From positions 65,866 to 129,865 of the forward strand of contig DYGB01000001.1 in the NCBI GenBank assembly GCA_020724905.1: 64,000 nucleotides of DNA, written 5' to 3'. Both the position numbers and the translations under genes were made by a program. Shown piece after piece: positions 9,815 to 19,346 of the stretch. Under the pieces are notes generated by a model that ran no database searches, was not told the origin of the DNA, and saw only the letters and a program-made list of their open reading frames with translations. The first letter of the stretch is position 1. Each line of letters starts with the position of its first letter. This DNA comes from Candidatus Paceibacter sp. (GTDB lineage Bacteria > Patescibacteriota > Minisyncoccia > UBA6257 > JAGOQP01).

Positions 9815-12800
9815 TTAATTTCCTCCTGGATTGGTCTCACCACCACCAAGATTATATGCCCTGATAGTAACATTACATGAGATATTTCCAAAATCATCAC
9901 TCACCGTACCAACAGCAGTATAGGTACCACTTGTCCTATAATCATGTGTATGTTGAGCAACAGCATATGAAGGCCTTCCATCACCAGGGTTAATTGAATA
10001 ACTCTTTGTTCCGCTCCCCCCCGTAGCATTCAATGTGAACTGAGTCCAGAAAGGCACAATACCTTCTGTTTTTGATGCACTTAACGTACATGCGAGAGGT
10101 TCAATTGGAGCATTAACCGTAACAGGTACTGTAGCAGTAGCTCGTGCGCCTAGAGCATCAGTAACTCTTCCTATCGCAGTATATGAACCCTGTCCATAGG
10201 TATATTCATATGAAGCACTAGAACTGTCCCACCTACCATCTCCATTTGCATCAATCTCATAAGTGTATGGAACAGCTCCATGGTTTGTAACGGTGAGAGT
10301 AAGAGTTGATGTAAGTGGAGCATTTCCTGTAGAAGGAGTTACACTCAAGGAAGCTCCTATTGGATCTGGATCTGGTGGAGAAATATCAGAAACACTAAGT
10401 ACTGAGGAAGCATTCCCCGAAACACCTTCTCGTGATGCAGTCACCGTAAATGGATATGAATTGTTTTCAACACTTGTAGGAACTGAGAAAGTAATTGAGT
10501 GACATGATGCTCCTTCTGGAGCTGTCCCACCATCACAATTACTCCAACTCACATTGGTAAAGGAATGTGTTACTCCAGTAGTAAGTGGTTCTGGAGAAAG
10601 AGAGAAGTGTTCTGGAGAAAGTGCTCCTACACTTCCTGTACGTACTGCTGTGATGGGGAATGAAACAGTTGCAGTAGTTGATCCTCTTTTTATATTCTTT
10701 TGGGCAGGCATAGAAAGAGTGATGCTTCTTGATGGAACAACGACGGTGTCTTTAGTAAGAGTAATCATTGAAGAATCACTGTCGATGACATTTCCCCCAA
10801 TATCATTTACCGCAACACTGAATGTATCTTCAAGTCCATCCTCTGATCCTGGTGCATTTGAAGCAACGCTAACGGTAAGAGTAAATTGTTGTTCATTCTC
10901 ACCAACTCGAGCTCTTGTATTAAGAGCAAATGATCCCGTAACACCAGTAGGAAGGGAATCAACCGAAAGATCTGAAACAGTAAATCCATCTATATCGGCT
11001 GGACGTACAATGTTCACATTATATGTCGTTGAAACACTCCCTGATTTAGGAACTGTAACATTCCTATTATCAGGACTGAGGGTAAGTTCAACACTCTCGC
11101 CTGGTTCTGGATCATCCTCAAGAGACACTCTAAGTGAAGATGTCGTTGACTCTGAAGAACCATCATCTGTTGTTGCTGTAAATGTTATATCCTTTTCTCC
11201 TAGTTGTGTATTAGGACGAACATTAAGCGTTACCGTGAAGATGTCTGAGTTCACATTGTTTGTTGTATGTGTGATGACAGGAGAGCCTATATTTGCATGT
11301 TCAGTAACCACAGTAATATTGTCTTTGGTAAATGCGAAGGAAGGAGTCTTTGCAACGGTTACCTCGTATGAGACTGGAACAGTTCCGGTGGTTGGACGAA
11401 TAACTGTTTCTGATGCAGGAGATGAGGTAACGGTAAAGGTTCCTGGGGATGACACGTTAAGTGAAGATGTTGTCCATTTCGTTTCACTTCCTGTTGAAGC
11501 ATAGAACGTTATATCCTTTTCTCCTAGTTGTGTATTAGGACGAACATTAAGCGTTACCGTGAAGATGTCTGAGTTCACATTGTTTGTTGTATGTGTGATG
11601 ACAGGAGAGCCTATATTTGCATGTTCAGTAACCACAGTAATATTGTCTTTGGTAAATGCGAAGGAAGGAGTCTTTGCAACGGTTACCTCGTATGAGACTG
11701 GAACAGTTCCGGTGGTTGGACGAATAACTGTTTCTGATGCAGGAGATGAGGTAACAGTAAAGGTTCCTGGAGCTGGAGGTGCAGTAATAGTAAGTTTAGC
11801 TTGTCGTGATCGAGATTCAGCACCTGCATTAGCAGTAACAGTAATTAGATGCTCTCCAAGTTGTGCATGTGGGGCAACGGATAGAGTTACCTCAAAGATA
11901 TCAAGAGTAGACCCATTAAGACTATGGGTAACAGATTTCTTTGTAACACCTGTAGGGAGATTGGTAACTGCAATGCTAGAAGGAACAAAGTTAAATGAAG
12001 GATCTGATTTGCTCACAATAGCAGTGTATGAAACATCTTTTGTTCCACTAGTTGGACGTTCTACACTTTTTCCGTCTGGAAGACTAGGAATAAGGGTAAG
12101 GACAAACTGAGGATTAGGAACATCTTCCTCTATAACACTAAAGGATCCTGAATATGTTTGAGAAATACTCTGTCCAGAAGTTGAAGTAGCAGAAACTCCT
12201 ATATCAACGATAAAACCTCCTAACTCAGTTAGCTGTTGTGTATCTACATATACTGCGTATTCATCCTGTGTTGCAGTAGTACTAACACGACTCACCCGTG
12301 CTTCAGGAGATACTGTTGTAGCATCTCCTCCTTTTGCTGGATTTTGTTTTCTTATCTCTAAAATAGTAGCGTTTGTACTTGCTATATTCTGTTTTTCTAA
12401 GATGAGGGTATGTGTACGAACATTACTTTCAAGGCGCACAACTTCTGTATCTACATTAGAAACAGATCCAGAAAGAGAATATGGATCTTCTGCGGGAGCA
12501 GAAACCCCAAGATCAGCAATCGCCTCAGCAATAACTGTTCGAGGAGCATTTGGATGCGCAAACTGAGGAACATCATAAGTAGGAGCGTTAGGAAGTGTAC
12601 GAGTATAAAGATGTAGCTTATACTGACCACCTACCTGAGCTGCATTTGTTGGCGTTGCAGTAAAGAATGCGTTATTCCCATTTGAATACACATTTGAAAA
12701 TGTAATTTCTGTTCCTGTTACATTAACGCCATTTCTATACGCAACAGGTGCCCAATTCCAATTCTGTGTGGTATACACATTTCCACCATCTTGTCTTACA

Positions 12801-14122
12801 ACTTTAAATGTCGTTGCTTGTCCTTTTTGAACAACATCATTTTGCTTTCCATCAAACTGAACACAGTATGGACAGGTGTATGAAACGGAACCTCTTGCAA
12901 CTGCACCATCGTATGATGCTTCAAAATACACAGTATCAGGACTATATCCATCTGGCTGGAAAAAGACTCCAGGATCTGAAGCACTGCTCTCTCCAAGCCC
13001 ACTAAGAAGAGCAAACTTTCCAGTGAAAGGATTTACATGATTTGCGGTAAGTTTAAGAAGACTTAGGTTTTGAATATTGTATGCACCAGCATTTAAGATA
13101 GACAGTGATGGACCACCAGCAGCATGAAGATCTATTGGTTGCCATGTTCCTCCTTCTTGGAATACATCAATTGTGATTGTTTCACTTTTTGAAGCTTCTC
13201 CTCTTCCACTATCATAAATGGCGGTAAAGGTAATAGGATGCTTCCGTATTGGAGCATCTTTATAAATACGAAGTGTAAGATATGTTGTGCCAGAAAAGGT
13301 ACTCCCTAACGCACTTCCCCTGGTAAGAGAAACGTCTACTGGATTTGGAGTAACACGAACAAGATCAGTAGATCGTGTACTATTAGAAACAGCAGCAGTA
13401 TAGTACACATCACGATCACCAATGGCACTATTGTCATTAATATACAGATCAACTCTTACGGTAACATCTTTGTATTGATCGGTGGTAGGAGCTTTTATCT
13501 TAACGGTACGATTATTTGGAGCATATCCAACTTTCAAATTTACTGCCCCAATAGCATCATCAGAAGAATTACTCCACACCCACTCTCGAAGAAGGAAATC
13601 TCCCGCCTTTCCAAGGGTAACGCTTTTACTTTCTGGGTACAATGAGATACGAGTTTCTTGTTCTCCTAGATTCAAAAGTCCTGGTAATCTTGTTTGGAGT
13701 GTATTATTGGTATAGTACTCAACCTCTATAGGAAATGAGAGATATCCACCAAATGATCCTGGTATAATCTGAGCAACAACATCAAGTGATGCCTCAGTTC
13801 CATTTTCAAGAGATCCAGGGCCATCTTTAACAAGAGTGAGGGGCCCCTTGTTCTCAACCCCATTAACAAAGAACTTAACTCCTGAGCTACTCATAAGACC
13901 AGAAATAACAATCTGATCAGCGATTTCTGGGAAGAAGGCATAGACAGAGAGCTCAACATCTCCTCCACTTGAAGGCACAGCAATGTTTGCTCCCGATCCA
14001 GTAATATCCTCACCATTTATAGTTGCAAAAGAGGTTCCATCTGCTTGAGCAAACGATCCCCCAATCATAAACAATGATGCGACGATAGCACAAATTAAAA
14101 ATACCTTAGACAAATATCTCAT
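9815..14122 (-). CDS. Giant secreted cell-surface protein (1435 aa) with Ig-like/PKD repeat domains; adhesin-like
   Basis: N-terminal signal peptide (MRYLSKVFLICAIVASLFMIGGSFAQA). T/S/V-rich beta-strand repeats include two identical 108-aa repeats. Two C-terminal PKD-like domains (...YTYGQGSYTAIGRVTDALGARATATV... and ...HDYRTSGTYTAVGTVSDDFGNISCNVTI...). Confidence 0.8.
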   Translation of the reverse strand: MRYLSKVFLICAIVASLFMIGGSFAQADGTSFATINGEDITGSGANIAVPSSGGDVELSVYAFFPEIADQIVISGLMSSSGVKFFVNGVENKGPLTLVKDGPGSLENGTEASLDVVAQIIPGSFGGYLSFPIEVEYYTNNTLQTRLPGLLNLGEQETRISLYPESKSVTLGKAGDFLLREWVWSNSSDDAIGAVNLKVGYAPNNRTVKIKAPTTDQYKDVTVRVDLYINDNSAIGDRDVYYTAAVSNSTRSTDLVRVTPNPVDVSLTRGSALGSTFSGTTYLTLRIYKDAPIRKHPITFTAIYDSGRGEASKSETITIDVFQEGGTWQPIDLHAAGGPSLSILNAGAYNIQNLSLLKLTANHVNPFTGKFALLSGLGESSASDPGVFFQPDGYSPDTVYFEASYDGAVARGSVSYTCPYCVQFDGKQNDVVQKGQATTFKVVRQDGGNVYTTQNWNWAPVAYRNGVNVTGTEITFSNVYSNGNNAFFTATPTNAAQVGGQYKLHLYTRTLPNAPTYDVPQFAHPNAPRTVIAEAIADLGVSAPAEDPYSLSGSVSNVDTEVVRLESNVRTHTLILEKQNIASTNATILEIRKQNPAKGGDATTVSPEARVSRVSTTATQDEYAVYVDTQQLTELGGFIVDIGVSATSTSGQSISQTYSGSFSVIEEDVPNPQFVLTLIPSLPDGKSVERPTSGTKDVSYTAIVSKSDPSFNFVPSSIAVTNLPTGVTKKSVTHSLNGSTLDIFEVTLSVAPHAQLGEHLITVTANAGAESRSRQAKLTITAPPAPGTFTVTSSPASETVIRPTTGTVPVSYEVTVAKTPSFAFTKDNITVVTEHANIGSPVITHTTNNVNSDIFTVTLNVRPNTQLGEKDITFYASTGSETKWTTSSLNVSSPGTFTVTSSPASETVIRPTTGTVPVSYEVTVAKTPSFAFTKDNITVVTEHANIGSPVITHTTNNVNSDIFTVTLNVRPNTQLGEKDITFTATTDDGSSESTTSSLRVSLEDDPEPGESVELTLSPDNRNVTVPKSGSVSTTYNVNIVRPADIDGFTVSDLSVDSLPTGVTGSFALNTRARVGENEQQFTLTVSVASNAPGSEDGLEDTFSVAVNDIGGNVIDSDSSMITLTKDTVVVPSRSITLSMPAQKNIKRGSTTATVSFPITAVRTGSVGALSPEHFSLSPEPLTTGVTHSFTNVSWSNCDGGTAPEGASCHSITFSVPTSVENNSYPFTVTASREGVSGNASSVLSVSDISPPDPDPIGASLSVTPSTGNAPLTSTLTLTVTNHGAVPYTYEIDANGDGRWDSSSASYEYTYGQGSYTAIGRVTDALGARATATVPVTVNAPIEPLACTLSASKTEGIVPFWTQFTLNATGGSGTKSYSINPGDGRPSYAVAQHTHDYRTSGTYTAVGTVSDDFGNISCNVTIRAYNLGGGETNPGGN
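11184..11772. repeat. Near-perfect tandem duplication, 2 x 324 bp (about 1 mismatch over >260 bp), inside the giant surface-protein gene
   Basis: The string gttatatccttttctcctagttgtgtattaggacgaacattaagcgttaccgtgaagatgtctgagttcacat... recurs at 11184 and 11508. The protein-level repeat GTFTVTSSPASETVIRPTTGTVPVSYEVTVAKTPSFAFTKDNITVVTEHANIGSPVITHTTNNVNSDIFTVTLNVRPNTQLGEKDITF appears twice. Confidence 0.9.
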
Positions 14123-14195
14123 GTACGTTTTTATATATAATTACTATGCTTCTAGTATAGAGTATTTTATAGTATAAATCTAGAAACTATTTCCC

Positions 14196-14230
14196 TTTAT
14201 AAATAAAGCCCCTAAAACATCTAGGGGCCC
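14196..14230 (-). terminator. Rho-independent terminator downstream of the T9SS-CTD protein gene
   Basis: GCCCCTA-AAACAT-CTAGGGGC hairpin, followed on the minus strand by TTTATTTAT. Confidence 0.55.
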
Positions 14231-14233
14231 TTC

Positions 14234-15310
14234 CTATTTCAAAAAGAGCATCTTTTTTGAGATAGGTTTTTTATGGGGGGAGGTAAGAGTATACATATAG
14301 ACACCGCTAGGAAGATTACTTCCAGAAAAATCAACTTCAAGACGATGATTTCCAGCTCCATAGTATCCATCAGCAACTCTCATTACTCGCTCTCCAAGGA
14401 TAGAATAGATATCAACGCGTATATATCCACTCACTGGAAGAGAAAATGTAATATATGTCGATGGATTAAAAGGATTGGGATAGTTCTGATACAGAATATA
14501 CTCTGAAACGAGATTATCCTCTTCACGATACGAAGTAAGGGAAAAATCATCCAATACCAAAAATGTTGTGTCGTTCCCATGTTTATCGTAGTCAACAGCT
14601 ACAATCTTAGAGAACCACCATCCTAATTCTTGTGTGTAAGATTCAGTTGTTTCCATCGAAGACATCACGTTTATTGTGAGCCCTTCATAAACAAAACCCG
14701 TATCAACATTTTGGTTATACAGAGCCTCAGGCATCTTAATAACAAAGGTGACTGGAGTATGTACCGAATCCCAAGGAGTACTACTTCCAATACCAAGCAT
14801 ATACACACCACGATAATGAGTTTCTTCTCTGTACCAGATATTGAAATCAAACCACGGTGTAGGCGTTGTATCACTTTCAAAAAAATCAAGATTGGCAGAA
14901 ATCCAAAACTCTCGAGGAAGGGTAAATGTTTGAACATTCTTTCTAAAAAATGTATTCATCCAAAAGAGTGAATCTTCTGAAAATGGAATAGGAGTAGACT
15001 CTCCTTTGTGATAAAAAGTCTGACCCTCTTGTCCATATTTTTCAGAAAAATAAGATCCAATCTCACGATAGATACCATCGGATGCAAAGGGAGAAAATTC
15101 CCACCCATTTACTGATCCCACATAGGGAGAATCAGCAAGGGAATAGGTATAATTAGGTACTACTAGATTTGAATCGGCATACAATAGTGTTGTGCCCCTA
15201 TCAATATCAACTACTTTCATAGGACGTTCCACAACAATATACTCCTGAGCTATAGGAGCTCGAATAAACACCGTGAAGAGAAAAACAGAAATAATGATAA
15301 TCCGTTTCAT
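14234..15310 (-). CDS. Secreted protein with a C-terminal T9SS-type (Por secretion tail, type A) sorting domain
   Basis: Signal peptide (MKRIIIISVFLFTVFIRAPIAQE). The last ~85 aa are YQNYPNPFNPSTYITFSLPVSGYIRVDIYSILGERVMRVADGYYGAGNHRLEVDFSGSNLPSGVYMYTLTSPHKKPISKKMLFLK, which matches the Por_Secre_tail consensus closely. Confidence 0.75.
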   Translation of the reverse strand: MKRIIIISVFLFTVFIRAPIAQEYIVVERPMKVVDIDRGTTLLYADSNLVVPNYTYSLADSPYVGSVNGWEFSPFASDGIYREIGSYFSEKYGQEGQTFYHKGESTPIPFSEDSLFWMNTFFRKNVQTFTLPREFWISANLDFFESDTTPTPWFDFNIWYREETHYRGVYMLGIGSSTPWDSVHTPVTFVIKMPEALYNQNVDTGFVYEGLTINVMSSMETTESYTQELGWWFSKIVAVDYDKHGNDTTFLVLDDFSLTSYREEDNLVSEYILYQNYPNPFNPSTYITFSLPVSGYIRVDIYSILGERVMRVADGYYGAGNHRLEVDFSGSNLPSGVYMYTLTSPHKKPISKKMLFLK

Positions 15311-15468
15311 AACAAACCTCCTTTATGTATGTAAATGTTCTTTTTTGTTCTATTTATATTATACAATGAGTACAAAAAAGAGCAATGGTTATATTCTATA
15401 TTGACATAAAAAGAAAACATTGTATTATACACACATCACATTAATAATTTCATATCTGAGGAGGAGTT

Positions 15469-15972
15469 ATGTCGAAAAAATCCAAGCATCTCTTTACCAC
15501 AGCACAACTAGGATCACTTTTTGTATTTATCGCTCCTTTTGCGCTCTGTATACACATATTTGGTAACAGCCCACTTACAAAGGAACGCTTTGTGACAGCT
15601 GTTATCTGTGGAGGGATGTTCCTTACATTAGCGGTTATTATTGCAGTCACAAAACTAGTAAAAAACAAGGAGTTTGGATTTTACTGGTTTTTATCTTCTT
15701 CCCTCTCAATTATGGCAATTGAGCTATCGTTTGTAACATTACTGATAACAGGAAGCTTTGCTTCCACAACAATGATAAACAATCCGCTGACAGTTGCCAT
15801 ACTTGTCATGACAACTATTGTGGTGATTTTCCTTGTTATGATATCCTCTCATGTAATAGACAGTATTGAGGAATACTATGATATTCCAAAAAGAAGTACT
15901 GCATGGAGGAGTATATTCCAAATGATGTATATAACCGGTATAATCATCCTCTCATACTACGCACTCATATAA
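15469..15972 (+). CDS. Hypothetical polytopic membrane protein (167 aa, about 5 TM)
   Basis: Good SD (GAGGAGG) 6 nt upstream of the ATG. Hydrophobic helices throughout. No recognisable domain. Confidence 0.45.
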   Translation: MSKKSKHLFTTAQLGSLFVFIAPFALCIHIFGNSPLTKERFVTAVICGGMFLTLAVIIAVTKLVKNKEFGFYWFLSSSLSIMAIELSFVTLLITGSFASTTMINNPLTVAILVMTTIVVIFLVMISSHVIDSIEEYYDIPKRSTAWRSIFQMMYITGIIILSYYALI

Positions 15973-15973
15973 C

Positions 15974-16002
15974 AAAACCGACCCCTTGGGGTCGGTTCTT
16001 TT
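15974..16002. terminator. Bidirectional rho-independent terminator between convergent genes
   Basis: AACCGACCCC-TTGG-GGTCGGTT with CTTTT on the plus strand and TTTTGTT on the minus strand. Its 3-prime base (16001-16002) is shared with the trxB stop codon. Confidence 0.65.
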
Positions 16003-16936
16003 ACACATCTTCCATTTTCACCTTGTCGTATATGTTAAGAATAGCATTCACCCCATCCCCCATTGCGGTATTAATCTGATGATACAGTTCATCGGTAATG
16101 TCCCCTGCAGCCCAGATACGGGGATGTGATGTCTGAAATGTTTTTCGATCAACTTTAATTGTGTTCTTCTCGGTCAGATCAACAAGGTCAGAAACAAGAG
16201 AGGTATTGGGAATATACCCAATAGCAACAAATGCACCTGCAACAGGAAGTTCTCCTTCCTCCTCTGTTAGAGTATCTTTCCAGGTTACTCCAGAAAGAAA
16301 TGCTTCTCCCTCAAACGTCTTTACTTCACGGTTTAAATGAATATGAACATTTTCATGCTTCGCTATCCGTTCTTGGTATACTGCATCTGCTCGTAGTACC
16401 CCTGATCGTTGAAAAACATGAATGTTTTTAGCATAAGGAAGAAGATCGATAATAGCTTCAAACGCACTGTTTCCTCCTCCAATAACCACAACATCTTTGT
16501 CCTTCATGAGAGGAGCATCACAGATAGAGCAATAAAAGACTCCCTTTCCTTCAAATTCCCTCTCACCAGGAGTCTCAAGTCGTTTATACTGACTCCCCAA
16601 AGCAAGTAAAAGATACTTCGAACGATATTCTTTCCCTTGCCCATCAACAACTACCACACAGTTGTCCTCCTCAGATACACTCACTACCTCAACACCTGTC
16701 TCAACAGTGATGTGATCCTGAGCACGTAAATGATTTTGAAGTACTTCAGAAAATTCCATTCCTGAAAGTTTTTCAAAACCGATAAAATTTTCAATTGATC
16801 CAGAATTAAGAGATTGTCCTCCTATTTCTTTGGTGAGAAGAAGACTTGAGAGTCTTTTTCTCGATGCATAGATGCCTGCTGCAACACCAGCAGGACCTCC
16901 TCCCACGATAATAACATCGTACACGTTATTGTTCAT
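16001..16936 (-). CDS. trxB: Thioredoxin-disulfide reductase
   Basis: FAD motif VIIVGGGPAGVAAGIYASR. Redox-active CxxC (FYCSICDAP) followed by the NADPH GGGNSAFEA motif. The likely start is MNNNVYDV at 16936, since the longer 16001..17098 ORF overlaps the glutaredoxin gene. At about 311 aa it is typical for TrxB. Confidence 0.85.
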   Translation of the reverse strand: MNNNVYDVIIVGGGPAGVAAGIYASRKRLSSLLLTKEIGGQSLNSGSIENFIGFEKLSGMEFSEVLQNHLRAQDHITVETGVEVVSVSEEDNCVVVVDGQGKEYRSKYLLLALGSQYKRLETPGEREFEGKGVFYCSICDAPLMKDKDVVVIGGGNSAFEAIIDLLPYAKNIHVFQRSGVLRADAVYQERIAKHENVHIHLNREVKTFEGEAFLSGVTWKDTLTEEEGELPVAGAFVAIGYIPNTSLVSDLVDLTEKNTIKVDRKTFQTSHPRIWAAGDITDELYHQINTAMGDGVNAILNIYDKVKMEDV

Positions 16937-17189
16937 TGATGTCTGTTGGACTCTGTTCTTCAGTTTCTGCAAGCGCAGTATCAATTGCCCCTCTATCAAA
17001 CCCAACAATAATAGTTCCGTTAATATCAAGTACAGGAACACCCATTTGTCCTGATTTTTGGACCATTTCAGCTGCTGCTGCAGTATCCTCCTGAACATTT
17101 ACATCCTTAAAGGGAACGCCCTTTACGCCCAAGTACTCCTTTGCCATTTTGCAGTATGGGCACTGCGTTGTTGAATAAATAGTAATCAT
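16926..17189 (-). CDS. Glutaredoxin-like protein (NrdH/YruB-type)
   Basis: 87 aa with a CPYC active site near the N-terminus (MITIYSTTQCPYCKMAKEYL) and GVPVL in the thioredoxin fold. Confidence 0.75.
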   Translation of the reverse strand: MITIYSTTQCPYCKMAKEYLGVKGVPFKDVNVQEDTAAAAEMVQKSGQMGVPVLDINGTIIVGFDRGAIDTALAETEEQSPTDINEQ

Positions 17190-17219
17190 ATGACCACCAC
17201 CTTAACATACTTTAAAAGA

Positions 17220-17948
17220 CTATTGCAACTCTTGACTGCTTTCTCCAGAAAGCGCCTCTTCATATGAAGCAATATCAAATGCATTCACCTGAATACCATT
17301 TACAAAGACCGTTGGTGTAGAGACACGTCCATCCATCGCAGCTTCAGCATCAGCCATATGCTGTGCGATCATCTGATCTGCATCGGATGATGCATAACAT
17401 GCTTCAAATGCTTCAACGTCCCCTCCTTGCTCTGTAATAACTCCTTCAAAAAAACGATCAACTAAGTTTCCATTGTTCTCATTTCCACCAGCAGCAAGCT
17501 GTTCTGCTTCAGCAACAAATATTGCATCATGCATCTCCCAGAAGAGATTCTGCTCTGCAGCACAATATGATGCTTTAGCAGCATTATCTGATTCACGAGG
17601 AAGTGCATAGTTATCATAGGAATCAATGAAGGTAAGAATCTTTGTTACCTTGTGAGCGCGTCCAGTATCGATAAACTGTTCACGAACCTGTTGTTCTACA
17701 TTAGCAAAATAAGAAACACAAGCAGAACACTGAAAATCAATAAATTCAACGATACGCCCAGGAGCGTTTATATCTCCAAGAACTGCCTCTCCTCTATCCT
17801 CAAGACCACTTCGTCCATCATCTACTGGTCCTGTTGGTGTTGGACTGTCTTGCAAGACTGCAAATACGATGAGACCAATAGCAACAAGGGCACTGACCCC
17901 AATAATAATATAGTTTAGCGCTGATCCACGAGATTGTTTTATGTCCAT
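17220..17948 (-). CDS. DsbA-family thiol:disulfide oxidoreductase (thioredoxin-fold, membrane-anchored)
   Basis: N-terminal TM anchor, a CxxC motif (FIDFQCSACVSY) and a thioredoxin_4/DsbA-like length. Confidence 0.7.
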   Translation of the reverse strand: MDIKQSRGSALNYIIIGVSALVAIGLIVFAVLQDSPTPTGPVDDGRSGLEDRGEAVLGDINAPGRIVEFIDFQCSACVSYFANVEQQVREQFIDTGRAHKVTKILTFIDSYDNYALPRESDNAAKASYCAAEQNLFWEMHDAIFVAEAEQLAAGGNENNGNLVDRFFEGVITEQGGDVEAFEACYASSDADQMIAQHMADAEAAMDGRVSTPTVFVNGIQVNAFDIASYEEALSGESSQELQ

Positions 17949-17990
17949 ATGTATTTATAGTACACTTAGTAATAAGAATATTAGTATAAA

Positions 17991-19274
17991 ATGATTACCC
18001 GTATAAAACAACTTGTCGCATTACTGGGAGATCTCGCTCTTCTCTATGGAGCGCTATTTCTTACGCTTTTAATTCGCTATCAATCAATACAACATGTTGA
18101 TGCACACCTCATCCCTTTTTCGTGCATCTTTATCGTATGGATTATTCTCCTCTACGCATTTGGATTCTATGAGATAAAAAATCTTAAAAATACGATAGAG
18201 TTTGGCGTTCTGTTCTTACTAGCTATTGGAATAGGAATGATTAGCGCTATTGTGCTCTTCTACCTTATCCCTTCCTTTCATATCTCACCAAAAACAAATC
18301 TTGTCATCTTCTCTGGAGTCTTTATGGTGCTAGGGCTTTTGTGGAGATTTATATTTAATACAGCAACACGAGGATACACCCAAACAGTTCTAGTGATAGG
18401 GAATAGTTCTCACGGGCAAGAGATCCTCTCTTATATCACACACAACCCTCATATTGGGTATGTTCCCTTTCATATTACAGATCCTTCAGTAGAAAGAATT
18501 CAGGAGGCACTCCGAAACCATCCTGAGTATGTCGTCTATGACCCTCAACTCTTTGAACATGAGGGTCCTTTTTCTACACTCTCACAGCTCCTGGTAACAT
18601 CTCAGAGCACGTCATATCATACTCATGAATTCTATGAATTATTGTTAAAGAAAGTTCCTCTGACCAAAACATCCTACACCCCACCACAACGATCCTTCTA
18701 CCTTTCAATTCGTCCTCTTATAGAAAAGATTATTGCACTCATTCTTTGTATTATCCTTCTCCCTCTTCTACTTCTCATCTACCTCCTTGTTGTTCTTACC
18801 TCAAAAGGAGGAGGTATCTACTTACAAGAACGTATCGGAAAACATGAGAAACCATTTCTCATATACAAATTTAGAACCATGGTACATGATGCAGAAAAAC
18901 AAGGCCCTCAGTTTGCTACCCATCAAGATCCTCGTATCACCCTCATTGGACGCTTTCTTCGCTTTACCCACCTTGATGAACTCCCTCAGTTGATAAATGT
19001 GATAAAGGGAGATGTCTCATTTGTAGGGCCACGACCAGAACGTCCTCCCTTTGTATCAGAGCTTAAAAAACAAATTCCTCTCTACAGCATCAGACATACC
19101 ATACACCCAGGTATTACCGGATGGGCACAGGTACAGTATCGGTATGGGTCAAACAAAGAAGATGCAGAAGAAAAACTACGCTTTGACCTCTACTATGTAA
19201 AACATCAATCATTCTTTCTTGATCTTATTATTCTCACAAAGACAATAAAGATGGTATTTTTTAATTATAAATAG
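17991..19274 (+). CDS. Polyprenyl-phosphate glycosyl-1-phosphate transferase (bacterial sugar transferase, WbaP/WecA-like initiating enzyme)
   Basis: 4-5 N-terminal TM helices plus the C-terminal Bac_transf domain (KFRTMVHDAE...LDELPQLINVIKGDVSFVGPRPERP...GITGWAQV). Confidence 0.85.
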   Translation: MITRIKQLVALLGDLALLYGALFLTLLIRYQSIQHVDAHLIPFSCIFIVWIILLYAFGFYEIKNLKNTIEFGVLFLLAIGIGMISAIVLFYLIPSFHISPKTNLVIFSGVFMVLGLLWRFIFNTATRGYTQTVLVIGNSSHGQEILSYITHNPHIGYVPFHITDPSVERIQEALRNHPEYVVYDPQLFEHEGPFSTLSQLLVTSQSTSYHTHEFYELLLKKVPLTKTSYTPPQRSFYLSIRPLIEKIIALILCIILLPLLLLIYLLVVLTSKGGGIYLQERIGKHEKPFLIYKFRTMVHDAEKQGPQFATHQDPRITLIGRFLRFTHLDELPQLINVIKGDVSFVGPRPERPPFVSELKKQIPLYSIRHTIHPGITGWAQVQYRYGSNKEDAEEKLRFDLYYVKHQSFFLDLIILTKTIKMVFFNYK

Positions 19275-19346
19275 GTTAACTTAGGTAGTATGATTAACAT
19301 ACGTTAACCATTGACGTCTGGTTAACATAGATATATACTACATATA
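19275..19346 (+). promoter_or_regulatory. Sigma70-like promoter (TTGACG-N17-TATACT) embedded in GTTAAC palindromic repeats; putative operator of the HTH-Doc operon
   Basis: -35 at 19311-19316 and -10 at 19334-19339. GTTAAC occurs at 19275, 19303 and 19321, with a TTAAC half-site at 19294. The ATG at 19347 lies about 8 nt after the -10, so the transcript is leaderless or has a very short leader. Confidence 0.5.

Noticed and set aside
10554-12110. Long plus-strand ORFs (316 aa and 183 aa) antisense to the giant surface-protein gene
   Set aside because: They lie entirely within the well-supported 1435-aa minus-strand CDS. They repeat because the sense gene has a tandem repeat. Their composition is S/T/V-rich through mirror-frame bias, with no start context.
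16001-17098. Longer 365-aa TrxB with an N-terminal hydrophobic extension
   Set aside because: The extension overlaps the glutaredoxin gene in another frame. The internal Met gives a canonical ~311-aa TrxB beginning at the FAD-binding motif.
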